Positions 24,041 through 38,174 are shown, counted from the first letter of the whole stretch. The stretch: DNA of 53,738 bases, filler included, from Squatina squatina (GCA_031763465.1; 3 parts of 2 records of this genome joined end to end with filler, not necessarily neighbours in it), one strand, 5' to 3'. The notes: generated by a model not told the origin, from the sequence alone. Numbers and translations are program-made.

Positions 24041-24568
24041 CCTTTTGTGGACATAATGCAAGAAAAAAATTTGAGGCTGTGTCAAAAGGTCTGGACATGT
24101 TCATATTAGGGACCTGCCTTATGTTCAGTACCAATTTCTACGTACATATGCATTATCTAAATAAACAGCAGAAGTTAATGAATTGACCAATAGTAGCTAG
24201 GCAACCTCTACTCTGTTCTGGACATGAAGTAACTAATTCTTGGTTTGAGGAAAAGTCCTCTGATTTTTCACCTTTTCCATTATTAAGAATACACAACTTG
24301 GTAAAATGTAGCCATGGATTTATTTAAAAGGAACTCAAAATATTCTTTGTATTTATCTTAATATTGCAGTACTTTAATCACTTTTTACAGATTTTTAAAT
24401 TATTTTACAAAACAGGAAACTGATTTATGAAATATTAGTCATATCTATTGCCTCATTTACTTAAAATACTGTTTATTGAATGCTCAATTGGGCACAGACT
24501 GGTGATTTTCTTTTAGATATAATAAAAAGCTGATCTTGATTAACCTTGTATCAATTTTTTCTCTGCAG

Positions 24569-24757
24569 ATTTCTGGGTTTCCTATTAACATGTCTTTCTC
24601 TGAATTGAGGCCCATTGTTGAAGCTGTACACAGTACTGGCGTCCATAACACAGAGGTTCCAAATGTAGAGTTTGCTTTGGCTGTGTATATCCACACATAT
24701 CCCAACAATGTGTTGTCTGTTTGGATTTATGTGTCATCCTTGGTCCGCAACAGATAA
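24569..24757 (+). CDS. CC2D2A: CC2D2A terminal coding exon
   Basis: ctgcag| then [62 protein letters not shown], matching the recalled CC2D2A C-terminus (...[15 protein letters not shown]). Confidence 0.95.
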   Translation: MSGFPINMSFSELRPIVEAVHSTGVHNTEVPNVEFALAVYIHTYPNNVLSVWIYVSSLVRNR

Positions 24758-27700
24758 CAAAAGCAAAGAGTTGTAATCCTTGCCATCTTGATATCAGCAG
24801 AAAATGCCTCTGTGTCTGGTCCTGTATACTTGAGAAGCTGTTGTGTCTTGGCCTTACTGCACTAACTACAGAAGCCAACAGTGGTTTCATTTGCTTTCAG
24901 CCAAAAGCAGATTAGACCTAATGTCAAGTGGAACACAATGTAATACCACCTGTATTTTATCAGACTTATTTGTTTTATTCAAAAGACATTCTACACCTTT
25001 ATTTTGTAAATGCACATTTCTTGCACCTCAATGTACAATATTTAAAAAAAAAAAAAATATTTTTTATGTAAAAACTGGGGAGTTGGTCCTCATAATGCAA
25101 CCAGTCCTAATTCCTTCCTCTGCCTCGATCACAGTGAACCTGTCACATGATGTGATGACATGCCACCTGCAGTCTCGTGGATCTGACAGGGCACCTGTGA
25201 CAGACATGACAGCATGTACTTTGGATCAGTACTCCGCCGTCCAGGAAACTGTGTCATTTCTGCAGATGTTTGCACCTTGTTACTGCATGCATTGAAAGTG
25301 GTATCTCTGGTATAGCACCATCTGCGATTCAGGTTCCAATTCAGTTTTTAAAATAATTTTATATTATAAGGCTCGTTATTTTTACAATCACAGTTAAATT
25401 TGTGACCCTGATGCTCAAAACTGTGGTGTTTCCTTCTACCTTTCTTTGGTAGTTTAAAAAAAAATCTTAAAACTACAACTTAGTGTCACCTTATCACTGC
25501 TTTCTGATTTCTCATTGTTCTCTTGTGTTCATTGTGGTGATGTTCTGCACTATGGACCCTTCATCCTGCTTCNNNNNNNNNNNNNNNNNNNNNNNNNNNN
25601 NNNNNNNNNNNNNNNNNNNNNNNNNNNNNNNNNNNNNNNNNNNNNNNNNNNNNNNNNNNNNNNNNNNNNNNNAGAAGGAGTTAATTTCCCACACAACTAA
25701 TCTGTTTAGTTAGTCGCCCAACCCTAACTTCAGGCTTTCGTGTTTCTTCTTACAAAGTGATTTCATAATTTGGATTAAAACTGCAAATTAAACTTTACTA
25801 CTGGAAGCATGCCTGCCTAAGAAAAACCTTGAATCGCAAGGTACTGTCATTTACACAAAAATGCAGCTGGGTGTTAACACATATCAGGAGACCAAGTCAA
25901 GCCCGTTTGCAATTGGTCCTGAGGAGACAGGGTGATTTTATTTCACCTATCACAACTTACGTTCTGTAACTTTGAGTACTATTCACATCACGTGAAAACC
26001 CACTCTACTAGAACTGGTGCAGACTTGCCTGCTATGGGACTTTCACATGTGTTCAATGTAACTGAAATACAATGCAATCATTTGAGTTTTGGCTCCAATT
26101 CAGGAATTTTTGTGCATTAAAACCTTAGTCGTACATATAGTTTACCGTAAAAACCTGTGTGTCTTACAAAACTGGGAATTCCAAAAATAAATTTCCAAGA
26201 TAGAAACCCTGTAATTAAGAAGTACCACAGAAATGGAATACTTGCTGGTTGAAGGTCTCGGAGTTCATTACACACTTTATAGAACAGCACTCAACAATGG
26301 CTGGGAGTGCATGCATGACTGACCTTCATATAACTATTCTGGATTCAAAACAGTTCAAGAATTTGTTTAGTTCTGGTCCAGTGGTGCAAGACATCGTAAC
26401 ACCAAAACATACGTCAGAGTGAAGGCACACAGTTTTCATTCTCCCCACACTGCTGAGATTCCCCTTCCTGTGCGGAAAAATCAATTTGCCCACAGACCCA
26501 AGACACANNNNNNNNNNNNNNNNNNNNNNNNNNNNNNNNNNNNNNNNNNNNNNNNNNNNNNNNNNNNNNNNNNNNNNNNNNNNNNNNNNNNNNNNNNNNN
26601 NNNNNNNGTGACGACACTTCAAAAGTATCTAGTTGGCTGTAAAGTGCTTGTGATCTCGAGGTCATGTGATCTCCTGAGGTCATGAAGGGTTATGTAGGTC
26701 TGTCTTTCTTCCTATGTGATGCTGTCCTGTCCCTCAACATTTTTTTTTAAAAAGGAGAAAATGTAGTATATCTAGTACCTGAACAACCCCAAAGGCAGGA
26801 GTGTCTCACCAACCAGAAAGCTTTGGAGGAGCTGAAGCTCTGGGGAATCTTGTCAAAGTATCATATGGAGGACTGCTATTGGTGTGAAAAAAACCAAAAT
26901 AATTAAGCAAAAAATATTTACTACATCAGTTATACAACTATTCATTAAACTTTGGTCTGAAACTGTGCCATTTAAAATTTTAAAATGCATCTGCTGCTTG
27001 AAAATGATTATACTGCTCTTTATTCAAATAGAAGCCACAATCTTAAATTGTTGAATTTGCAAGAGGTAAATTATCAAGAGAAATGAAAAATACTTTAGTT
27101 CTCAAATATAAGGGTTGTATTTATTAAAATATTTGCTTGCCTTTGAACAGCATTTAAAATATTACTAAGCTGAGGTAAAATTTGAAGCACTATAAACCTC
27201 ATGAAAATAACTTTAGCATGCACACTCAGATGTAGTAAGAAAATGTTTGCAGCTTGNNNNNNNNNNNNNNNNNNNNNNNNNNNNNNNNNNNNNNNNNNNN
27301 NNNNNNNNNNNNNNNNNNNNNNNNNNNNNNNNNNNNNNNNNNNNNNNNNNNNNNNNAGACCACATTGTGAGCAGCAAATACAGTATACTGAAGAAGTACA
27401 AGTAACATTCTTAAAAATAGATAGTAAACACTCAAGTGCTGGATGGTTTCACACTTGAAAAGCAATGGCATATTTCCTATTTGAGAAACTGACAGCGGGT
27501 GCAACAAGATAACAGACCTCAAACCAGGGCTATATTTAGGTCAAATAATCCAGGTAACATCAAACCAGATAATCATTCATATTTACATCACAAAGTTATT
27601 CTAATTAAGGCAGACTTGAGAAAAAAATACATGGTCTGGTATCTGACAAAAAGGATGCTGTAAAACAAGAATTTCAAGTACAGTCTTAAGCATATTTTAT

Positions 27701-28099
27701 GCTTAAATACAGGTTAAAATAGTTAAAATAATTTAGATACTATACAGCTTTCCAAGCACTATTTAAACTTTCAGTGTGGCATGTACTGCTACAAGTAGCT
27801 TTCAATTACATGGACAAGAGAACATAAGGAATCAAGATTTATCGTTTCAAGATGCCAATATTTTTATGATTCTGAAAAAATGTTTTTAAATCATCGTTTT
27901 ATTATTGAAATATTTTACAAGATTTAAGGCCTGATGTATAGAGAACAACTCTCAAATTTTTAATGACCTGCAAACATGTAGGCTCATCTCATATAGGAGA
28001 ACGAATGTTTGGTTGGCTCGGTGCATCAAATCTGCAACTACATTTACCACACCATCTTAGTTTGTCATTCAGAACTTGGCTTCATTTCTGCAGCATTTG

Positions 28100-28223
28100 C
28101 TTAAATAAATTGTTGTCTTTGAAAGACTGACAAGCGAGTTTTTCTACATTCCCTCCTTCAATGAAGGTGGCCAAAACTACCAGCATCAAAAGCCAGGAGA
28201 AGATGAAGCTGACCCCAACTCCA
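28100..28223 (-). CDS. Prominin-family exon (transmembrane segment); PROM1 favoured by position next to CC2D2A; donor site abnormal
   Basis: ctttcag| then GVGVSFIFSWLLMLVVLATFIEGGNVEKLACQSFKDNNLFK, resembling prominin [33 protein letters not shown]. No GT follows the expected exon end. Not in the ORF track. Confidence 0.8.
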
Positions 28224-31153
28224 CTGAAAGAAATGACAGATTTTAACAGGCTTATAAAACTTCAAAATTAATATTGTAATGAACATGTTTTTTCTCCCCC
28301 AAAAAGTTGCATATTTCATACATTTGTCAATCTATGGGACTGCAGTATTTCAAATATTTTGCTATAATATTGATAAATTCTTACGCTAAAAGAAGGTTGC
28401 CTCCTGTATTGATACACAGCCTCTTGTGGTTGGAGAAGCATGCTTGTCAAAGCCACAGGATCCACAAAGCAAACCAAGATAGTTGAAAGCAAGGATAAGT
28501 ACCACTGAACAGCAGAGTGCAACACCACCAAGCCATCTATAAAAAGGACACACACTCTGAAATCACTTCTATTTTTAATAGTTGCAGAAATAGGCTTTCA
28601 TATCAAATGCTTAAAACTCAATAAAATGGAAATCAAGGCAATGTATGATTTTAAAACTTGCATAGAATGGTGCAAGTCATTCAATGGGCCTGCATGCAAA
28701 TTTAAGGCACACTGCTCCGACATTACTTTGCTTTATTTGAAACCTCGTGATGCTGTAACAATGAATATGATGCACTTGATTCCTCTCTCATGAGAAATGG
28801 ATACATTTGGAAACATATAAGCTAAGTTTAAATTATTAAAATAATATGCTAAATATTTCACAAATAATAATGTTTAAGCTTTTTNNNNNNNNNNNNNNNN
28901 NNNNNNNNNNNNNNNNNNNNNNNNNNNNNNNNNNNNNNNNNNNNNNNNNNNNNNNNNNNNNNNNNNNNNNNNNNNNNNNNNNNNAGTCAGCACAACTATC
29001 TTTGGGATTGTGGCTTTTTCTTTTGTTGCAACAAATCACTTGCTCTGTGTGTGAGCTACATACTGCAAACTATTAGAAAACTTCAGGAGTTTTCAACTAG
29101 GAAACCATTTTTCTAGATAGATTATTTCCTCTAAATTTTGAGTAATCTTTCATAATTTTTTTTTTATAACACTCTTGTGAAGCACCTTGTGGCATTTTAC
29201 TATGTTAAAGATACTATATAAATAGAAGTTGTTTTTGTTGTTAATAACAGTTGCCAATTAAACATTTTAAAGAATCATTTCAAGAAGCAGTGGTGTGTGC
29301 GTGTGTTGTGGTTATTTTGTCAGAAACTGAAGAAAATCATTCCCTGTAAAGATCCTGGGGAAATAAACTGAAATGCTGATTCTTCACCTCGAGATGGCCT
29401 TCTATTTTTGCACATCATTTAACATGCAACGTGAAAATTCTGGGCCTGCAACACAAGACAATGCAAAAAACTTCAACGATTTGGGGCTGTGAACTTCTGG
29501 GTCATTTCCCTCAAAGATCTTTTTTACATTCTTCATTTTCCTAAAACTGAACACAGAATTCTCTTGTATTTAATTTACTTTTGTGTCATCTGTTTTGTAA
29601 CTGGCTTATCTACAATTCTCAGTTATTTTTAGATCTTTGGAGGATCATTTGTGAATAGTGACAATGATTCAATTTTCAAAAGGTTTCATCAAGAAAAAAT
29701 TTTCTAACAGCATTATAAAAGCTTTTGTTTTTAAAAATACTAAACTTTAACACTTACTCGCTGGTGGATTTTGTGCAGTCAGATAATTTCCAAGCAGGTG
29801 ATTTAAATATATCTCTAGCCAAGGGGTAAAGTCCACAGAAAAGCCAAGTACAACAAATAAGTGTGAATTCAAACCAACAGAGAGAAAAGAACAAAAGAGC
29901 AAAAACAAACAAATGTACAAGACTTCACACATTTGATGTTGAAGTTACCTTTGATAGCCCTTTCCACTGTGACTTCAAGGCAAGGAAAAAAATGAAGCAA
30001 AGAAAGATAACAACAGAAAACAATGTAGAACAGTAGCAGGAAAAGGGTTAATCTTTGCCTGTTGAGTTGTCAGGTGTCCCAGGCTTTTCTAAGCACTTGG
30101 CACACTCCAAATTACTATGATTTAGTTTAAGTAAATCAAGTAACATTGCAGTGCTTAAAATAAAATTTAAAAAGCACGAGACAGGAAGTGGCAGGGGAAG
30201 TCACCCCACGCCATCCTTTATCCAGTTAGAGTAACGTGCAGGAGCAGAGCTAGTGTGCAGACGATCTGCCCAGACACTCCCTCCACGAGCCATATGTAGG
30301 GAGAGATTAAAAACCAAATGCCAAACCTTGGCTACAGCGTCGAAATAAGTGCACCAAGACTACACAATTCCCTTTAAGTGGATTAAGGGCAATCAAAAAT
30401 ATCATTTACAACTTCTCGATTATCAGATTTTGATTCACAAGGAACCCCAAAAATAAATTCCGATTGTGCTCGTTTATAGGTATTGCTAAGAAAAAACAAG
30501 ATCTACGAATACAAAACCCACCCCTACAAGTGAATAACTGTCTGCATCTATAGAAGAATCCTCAGCAACGGTTTTACAGTTAAAAATGCATTTTACTGAT
30601 AGGAGTTGAAGGGAGTTGCCAGCAATCTACATTAAAAAAAAAGCAATCGCATAAGTTACACCCAGCTGTACCTCGTAACGTTTAACCATCAGTGTAAAAC
30701 CCAGTTCCAAACAAATAGCTGGCAGTGGAATATTGCAACATAGTATAATGGTATGTTCTCATCCCTTTCTTCCTCCCCCTATCTTTCCGGCCTCCCGGAT
30801 AGATAGGCAGAGATGCTCCCGGATCTAGCACTAGTGCAGTATGATCAGAAAAAAAGCCTTCAGGAACAGAAAGGCATGAAATTCTGAGCCAGAGGAGGAG
30901 TTGTGGCACACAGTACATTCTCCACAGCCACTGGAGTAACTGTTACTGTACCAACTGACCCCAGCCACAGACTGCAACACAAAGTCATCTGTCCTAACAC
31001 TGTTCCCCCACCCCCACCCCACCTCCCCCTCCCAAACTCTTAAACTCCCCAGANNNNNNNNNNNNNNNNNNNNNNNNNNNNNNNNNNNNNNNNNNNNNNN
31101 NNNNNNNNNNNNNNNNNNNNNNNNNNNNNNNNNNNNNNNNNNNNNNNNNNNNN

Positions 31154-31465
31154 CTGTCGGCGGTGTCATCTTTCAGATCAGATGTTAAACTGAAACCCTA
31201 TCTGCCCTTTCACGTGGGTGTGAAAGACCCCATGGCACTATTCGAAGTAGAGCAAGGGAGTTCTCCTGGTTCCCATGCCACCATTTATCCCTCAACCAAC
31301 ATCTGCAAAACAGATTACTTGGTCATTTATCTCATTGCAGTTTGGGCAAAATGGCTGCCATGTTACACTACATTACAACAGTGACTATACTTAATAAAAT
31401 ACCTAACTGGCTGTGAAGTGCTTTGTGACATACTGTATTTGTTAAATAAATGCAAGTTCTTCCTC
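31154..31465 (+). mobile_element. Deu-domain SINE (SacSINE1-like) body and tail
   Basis: gaccccatggcactattcgaag...atttatccctcaaccaacatc...cattacaacagtgactatactt...ggctgtgaagtgctttg. Related fragments at about 19590-19740, 26607-26710, 36740-36830 and 53620-53680. Confidence 0.72.
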
Positions 31466-32679
31466 TCTTTCTTCTACCCGTGCTGCCAAAGGTTCAGTGG
31501 ATAATTGTACTGCATGGTATAGAACCATGTAGATCAGGAAGGTACCAGGTTCAATACCTAGGCTTGGCTTAGTCAGCTGATCCCAGCCAGAACAAGATTG
31601 AGGGGGAAATCAAATCAAATCAGTTGGCAATTCCTTTACCAATCTCTAGTGGAAAGTGTGCACATTGGGCAAGGACTGGCTTTGGATCAACTGCAACACT
31701 CTCCTCCCCGCCTCCATGTTTTAATAGCTTGACAGAACACACCATCTATGAAACAATGGCAAGTTGGGCATGCTATCCAAGGTCAATGCTAGTTATGGAA
31801 CAACTCAGCAGCACAAGTCACTGCCTTTAGGAGATGAAAAAATGCATTGGTGATTGAGGAAAATTCAGACTACAGATGTTGGCAGGTCATTTTCATAGCC
31901 TCATTACAGAAATTCTGGTCCTAAGTTTCCAGCAGAGGTCACTTTTCACACAAACTGGCCATCTTCTCAACTGAAGTTCTCTGACTGCCAGCAGTTACTG
32001 TTAGGATGCCCAGGTAAATTTCAAAGCTGTGCGTCTCATGTTTTTTTTTTTTTTAAAACATTTACAAACTGTTTCATTTTGAGCAAAAAATAAATTTCAA
32101 GCATTTATCTTAAATGCATTTTGACCCATTGTACTCCCAAACCAACAATGGTCCAAAAACACATGTCCTTTTCTGAAACACAGTTTCATTTCTTAAAACA
32201 GATGTACTTGAACTGCTGGACAATATTATGATCTTAAACTTCTTTCTTCCAGTACTCTAAAATGACATTAAATCCAATTTTTTAAAAAAAAGTTGAAGTG
32301 GCTATGGTAGTTGATGGAAATAACTAGAAAAGTATAGCAAACACTAATAAAATATTTTAATTTTACACTCACATTTACAACTTCTGATGCCTAAATCTGG
32401 TTAACTCAGAAGCTAACTTTACAAGTCAATTAACTCGTTGCATAATCAACTAAAATATAAATATGCATGTTCCTTTTAACAGAAAACTATCCAAGAAACC
32501 CACAGTTGAATTTTCTTTAAACAAAATTGTTTTCCTTGTACTGCAGCTCAATTTTGAAGTACCAATGAGTTGCCCCCCACCCCTCCCTAGAGAGTTGTAC
32601 ACTCTGCAGAAGTGCTGCTAGTGGAGGTGAAAGTTGTCAAATTCAGAACTATGTGGTATTTTTCCTTTTCCTCTACTTT

Positions 32680-32779
32680 NNNNNNNNNNNNNNNNNNNNN
32701 NNNNNNNNNNNNNNNNNNNNNNNTTAATTAATTAANNNNNNNNNNNNNNNNNNNNNNNNNNNNNNNNNNNNNNNNNNNN
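32680..32779. other. Artificial scaffold linker
   Basis: Exactly 44 N + TTAATTAATTAA + 44 N. Confidence 0.95.
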
Positions 32780-33564
32780 ACCTGTCAGTTTACTTCATGG
32801 CAAAATAATCCCTTTTTAAGAAAAAAAGTAGTGTTTTATGAGTTACTTAGTAAGTGGAAAAATAAACTTTCTGTTTTGCAATGAGCTATTTTTCTTAATT
32901 TCTACTTGTATCAAATGATTTTTTTGTAGTGCTAACAGGTAGCTGAGGTGTCAGTGACCTTTTGATGGTGAAATGAGGGTAATTGGTGTGTATTTGCTTC
33001 ATGGGTTCTTTGATTAAGAATTCATGGCACCACATTGTTGTAAAGAACTAGTTGGTTTATTAGCAAAGGTTTAACGAACAAACAAAACAATTCCAGTTCA
33101 TGCACACAACTGCATGCCTCCTTGTAGAGAGACTGGACTCAATTGACTGGTGTTTTATTGAGTCCTGTGAACATCATGTGACTGGCTCAACCATTCACAA
33201 TGAATCAGCTTCCCAGCCCTTTGAGTATGCATTTATTACAGTTGGGGAGCTTTGCATTTTGTGCTTAGCACCAGTAATGCAATAGTTGCTCCAGTGTGTC
33301 ACTACGAAATGAAGTTGGGTCCTTGTGGGCCTGTGCTGTGACTAAACCTGTTATGCAAGCTATAAAGTAATGGTCACTAAATATCTCTTGCTCTAGTTGA
33401 AGAAAACGAATTTTTAAAATTGATTTTAGTTTTTTTAATTGTTACACATGCACAAAACAATTTTTGGGGTTTTTTAAGTAAATATTAGGAAAAAAACTTG
33501 CTGAGTGTGCTAAAAAAGAGAAATTTGCTGTGTATATTGTATAAACTTTTTGCTCTATCTTTAG

Positions 33565-33777
<213 letters not shown>

Positions 33778-34237
33778 TGAAACAAAACTATTGGAAAGGA
33801 GACATAATTCGATTGCCATCCATTCTCTTCTAGCTGACAAAAAGTACGGTCTTGTCATACTTAGTTAAAAGGTTCAAGTGTGCTATTATTGTAGTCTATT
33901 AAGAGATTTTCCCCCTGTAAATTATTCATGCAACTATATTTTAGCTAGTTTAAAAAACACACTTTTTGGTAGTGTCTCCAAACTGGTGTGTGCTGATTTT
34001 GCCCAGTTGGTTAAACCTGTTGCCAAGTCATGGTTAAGTTGACTGAGTTTGTGGGGCAGGCAGGGTTACAAATGCTTTCACACAAAAAAAACACACCCCT
34101 GACTGACCACACAGTATCATGGCACAAGCTTTGGAGATGTCCCTAACTCAACCCAAGAATTGCAGCATGTAAAAGAGAAAATATTATTTTGAATGTTTTT
34201 TGAAGTTGACCCTAATTGGCTTTCTTCTTTCTTTTAG

Positions 34238-34303
34238 GCTCGATTCCTTCTATCGAAAGTGAATCCATCACAGACTCATAATAACTTGTATGCATGGGGA
34301 CAG
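34238..34303 (+). CDS. SEC23B: SEC23B internal exon containing the ARF arginine-finger segment
   Basis: ttttag|...CAG|gttggt, 66 nt; ARFLLSKVNPSQTHNNLYAWGQ (NNLY is the B-type). Confidence 0.9.
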
Positions 34304-34810
34304 GTTGGTATCCTCTAGAAAGATTTTATTAAATATGCAGGGATTTAATAGTAAATATCTACCTAACAAATGGGTATTTACCCAGAAGCGTTGCTTCTGT
34401 TTTTGCACAGTCCCCATCCCATTCATGCCAGCACCATTAGGTAATTTACTACCTCTTTTTGGTACTGAGCTGTACAGAAAGGAAGGGTACAGGTTAGTAC
34501 CCTGGTCTGGTCTCAGTTGAGATTGCTGTAGAGTTTCTGCAACTGACCCCAATGACCCTGTACTAGAAAAGAGAAAAAAATGGGCCAGAATTCCTCCTCA
34601 CTATTTATTGAGCTGTACTGGAAAAATGCATGTGTGGGTATCTAATGAAGAAAAGATTGGGCAGATCTGTATGTATGGCTGAATATCCTGCTAGTTCTCA
34701 CTGTCCAGGANNNNNNNNNNNNNNNNNNNNNNNNNNNNNNNNNNNNNNNNNNNNNNNNNNNNNNNNNNNNNNNNNNNNNNNNNNNNNNNNNNNNNNNNNN
34801 NNNNNNNNNN

Positions 34811-35220
34811 CCTCATCAACATGCTTCCCTAAGCAGCATCATTTGAAGGCATGGGTCAACTTCCATGTATACGCTGATGACACAACTTCTTCCACCTGAC
34901 TATTAGGAGGACCAAAGTCGTCCTCACGCAATCTACATTCTCATGCCACTGACTTCATTCCTGTCCCTCGCCATTCGCTCAGGTTGAACCAAGACTGTTT
35001 ATTTCCATTTCCAAACCCCAATCTTAGCCCTTCCATCACTGAAACTCACATCAACATATTTTCATCACTTGGCTCTATTTCTCTAATATCCTCCTCATTG
35101 ACCTCCTATCCTTTACCCTCCATAACCTCTCCAGTGGCCCCAAATTCAGCCATATTGTACATGAAGCCCCACTCATGCATCACCCCACTGACCTGCTTTG
35201 CCTCCAGTCCCACAAGACAT
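34811..35220 (+). mobile_element. L2-type LINE reverse-transcriptase remnant
   Basis: FHVYADDT (RT YADD motif) at 34861-34884, followed by decayed pyrimidine-rich sequence. Confidence 0.65.
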
Positions 35221-35808
35221 TGGCCTGGATTTTACAGTCAATGGCTAGGGGGCGGACTTAGTGGGCTCTGTGGGGTCGATTTCCCCTATTCTGATGTGAT
35301 TTTCTGTCTGGCACCATCTATTGTGAATCTGTGATGTCCAGGAACAATGAAATCATCAAGCAGGCTGAGCAGCCAATCAGATTGAAGAATTCTCACAGGC
35401 AACAAACAAGCAAGAAAAAGTCTCTGATTATCATTAATTTTTGATCATTTTTCAAAAAGTGAAATAAAGATTGGGACATGCATATGGGATTAAAGTAGAA
35501 ACTGAAATATAAACAAACTTAAAAAAAAACAATTTTTACTATTGAAAAATCTTTGAATTTTTATCACTGAATGATACTACACACTTATAAAATTAGTTTT
35601 TCAGGGCCAGAGAGGTTGTTCAGGAGCAATTATGATTTAGTACACTGTTAAAAACTCAGCTACACCTCATTTAACAAGGCTNNNNNNNNNNNNNNNNNNN
35701 NNNNNNNNNNNNNNNNNNNNNNNNNNNNNNNNNNNNNNNNNNNNNNNNNNNNNNNNNNNNNNNNNNNNNNNNNNNNNNNNNAAACTTACTTTTTGTAAAT
35801 TTTTATAG

Positions 35809-36409
35809 TTCAACCTGCAAGATGAGTTCAGATAAGAAAAATGATGTCCATCTATCTTACTCGCCATCTGAGGTAGACAGTACTGCATACTCGAGCCTGT
35901 CAGAAATGCCCAATGAAGATCAGGAAATAGGTGGGGAAAATAACATGTCCTGTGGAAGGGATCTAATTCAGGGAATGTGGGATGGATTTTCTGTGGAGGA
36001 GTATACTTCACATGAAAAACCCCAGAAGCCCGGAAGCTTTAATTTACCAAAAATGAAAACAATTAAAAACGAGCAAAAGGAATGGTCGCCAAAGATCACA
36101 ATACCACAACCTTTCCAAATGACCCTCCGAGAGGCTGAGAAAAAGAAGCACAAGATCAAATCAAGGTCGGAAATTGAAATAGAGAATCATATGCTAAGAA
36201 AACAATTAGAGGAAGAAGCCGAATGCCAGAAAAAATTCCGAGCTAACCCTGTACCAGCCCATACCTATATCCCGCTGTTAGAGGAAATAATAGAACGGAA
36301 TGAAGAAAGGAGGAGGTTTGTAAAGATAAAGAACAAAGAGATTCTACTGGCAATGCAAAAACCATTTGGCTTTCTTGAAAGAGAGGAGGAGAAGAAAAAA
36401 ATCAGATGA
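35809..36409 (+). CDS. FAM161A: FAM161A large exon, 5' part, ending in a stop at a repeat junction
   Basis: Acceptor tttatag at 35808; contains ITIPQPFQMTLRE...EEEAECQKKFRANPVPAH...NEERRR...KPFGFLERE (FAM161 family). The frame ends KKKIR* and runs into L2-like sequence. Confidence 0.85.
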
Positions 36410-36700
36410 AAGGAATAAAGGAGTGGACACGGAGCCACGGTACGAGAGCTGGAAGATGTGACAGGTAGCTTGTTCGAAAGGATGGGTTTTGAGAAGGCTT
36501 TCAAAGGAGAGTCGTGCAGCTCTCCCCAGGTTCACCGAGGGAGTTCCAGAGAGGAGTGACGGTGGAGCTAAAGGTCCTGCCAGGAATGGTGGGAGCAAAG
36601 GTGTGGGGCGGGGGTGGGTGCCAGAATGTCCAGGTTTGGAGGACCGAAGGTGAGGGAGGGGATGTAAAGCTAGTGGACAGGGTTCGTGTAATTATTCCTG
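36410..36700 (-). mobile_element. Old L2 LINE 3' fragment
   Basis: gacacggagccac...agcttgttcgaaaggatgggttttgagaagg...gggagttccagag, resembling the reverse of a shark L2 3' region. Confidence 0.55.
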
Positions 36701-36817
36701 ACACGTGTACAAACAGGACAGTGGATCAGTGAGTAGAGAATCATTGGCTGCATATTGCGACCATATTGAATCTTTGGGACGCCTTGAGGTTGGGCAAGGT
36801 GTTATACAAATGCAAGT

Positions 36818-37122
36818 GTTTCTTTCTTGCCTTCCTTCCTTTCTCCCTCCTTTCCTTCTTTCTTCCCTTCCCCCTTTCTTTCCCTTCCTTCCTTTCTACC
36901 TTCCATCCCTATCCCTCTCCCTTCCCTCCCTTCCTCCCTCCCTCCTTCCCTCTCTTCCTTCCTTCCTTCCTCCCCTTCCCCTCCCTTTATCCCTTCCTCT
37001 CTTTCATACTTCCTTCCTTCCCTCCCGCCCTCCTCCTCCTTCCTTTCCATCTCCATCCTTTCTTTTGTTCTTCCTTTCTTTCTTTCTCCTTCCTTTCCTT
37101 TTTTCTTTCTTTCTTTCCTTCT
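36818..37122. repeat. Polypyrimidine (CTTC/CCTT) low-complexity tract
   Basis: About 300 bp almost entirely C/T; explains the overlapping P/L/S/F-rich and E/G/R/K-rich ORFs. Confidence 0.95.
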
Positions 37123-37879
37123 AATCCTGAGGCACAGCATGAGGTGCCCGTGAGCAGTTGACATAACCATTAGTTAATGATCTTAAGTAATACTTTGCTT
37201 AAGTGCTGGGTTCCGCCAGCGGAGTGAGATTACCTCAGTTGGAGATACTGCACTAGGGCTCAGAGCCCCTGGGCTGGGGAGCAGGGAATAGTCAGCCAGG
37301 GTTCCTTGCTCTTGATCACCATCCAGTGATTCTGGTTGGAAAGTGCGTGCGTTAAGGTACCAAGGGCCTTACAGTAAGCCTAGATTTTCAGAAAAGAGGT
37401 AAAGACAGAGATTGCCAGTAAGATATCTAAAACTGAGCAATTACAGTAAAGCCCTGCTGTAATGAACTGACTTATGATGAAACTCACATCTCCAGTGAAC
37501 GGCTTGAAGAGCAGCTTCCCTGATGGCTCAGCTGGTGAATTGCATACAGACCAGAATGTCCCAGGTTGGATTTCCAGTCAGTGCAAAGTTAATTGGCCAG
37601 GGCAGACGGTACAGTTAGCCTTGCCTGTGACAGGGTCCCCGTTCCTAATCGCTATCCTCTGGGAAATGTGTGTGTGTGTGGGGGGGTGAGGCATTTGAGC
37701 AGTTTCGGGTCCAGCCGTGATGCCCTCCTTGGTACAATAGCCCCTCACTGGCTCACCCCTGAAAATTAGCCACTTGGGCGAGGTGCAGCTCTTTGGTTCC
37801 TTGCCTTTTTTATTTAAGAAGGCGGGTGACACGAACTGAGGGTTAGCAGCGGATGTGCGAGTGGTATGGTGTAGCTGCA

Positions 37880-38174
37880 AAGTATTTACAGCACAGAAAC
37901 GGGCCATTCGGCCCAACTGGTCCGTGACGGTGTTTATGCTCCGCACGAAGCTTCTCCCACCCCTCTTCATCTTACCCTATCAGCATATCCTGCTATTCCT
38001 TTCTCCCTCATGTGTTTATCTAGCTTCCTCTTAAATGCATCTCTGCTATTCACCTCAACCACTCCTTGTGGTAGCGAGTTGCACATTCTCACCTCTCTCT
38101 GGGTAAAGAAGTTTCTCCTGAATTCCCTGTGGGATTTATTAGTGACTATCTTATATCTATGGCCCCTAGTTCTG
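37880..38174 (-). mobile_element. CR1 LINE 3' fragment
   Basis: tacagcacagaaacgggccattcggccc...cacattctcacctctctctgggtaaagaagtttctcctgaattcc. Confidence 0.82.

Noticed and set aside
30682-30980. Signal-peptide-like ORF MYCVPQLLLWLRISCLSV on the minus strand
   Set aside because: No canonical donor and no recognisable homology.
36705-37170. Several overlapping 100-140 aa ORFs
   Set aside because: They arise from a C/T low-complexity tract that lacks stop codons.
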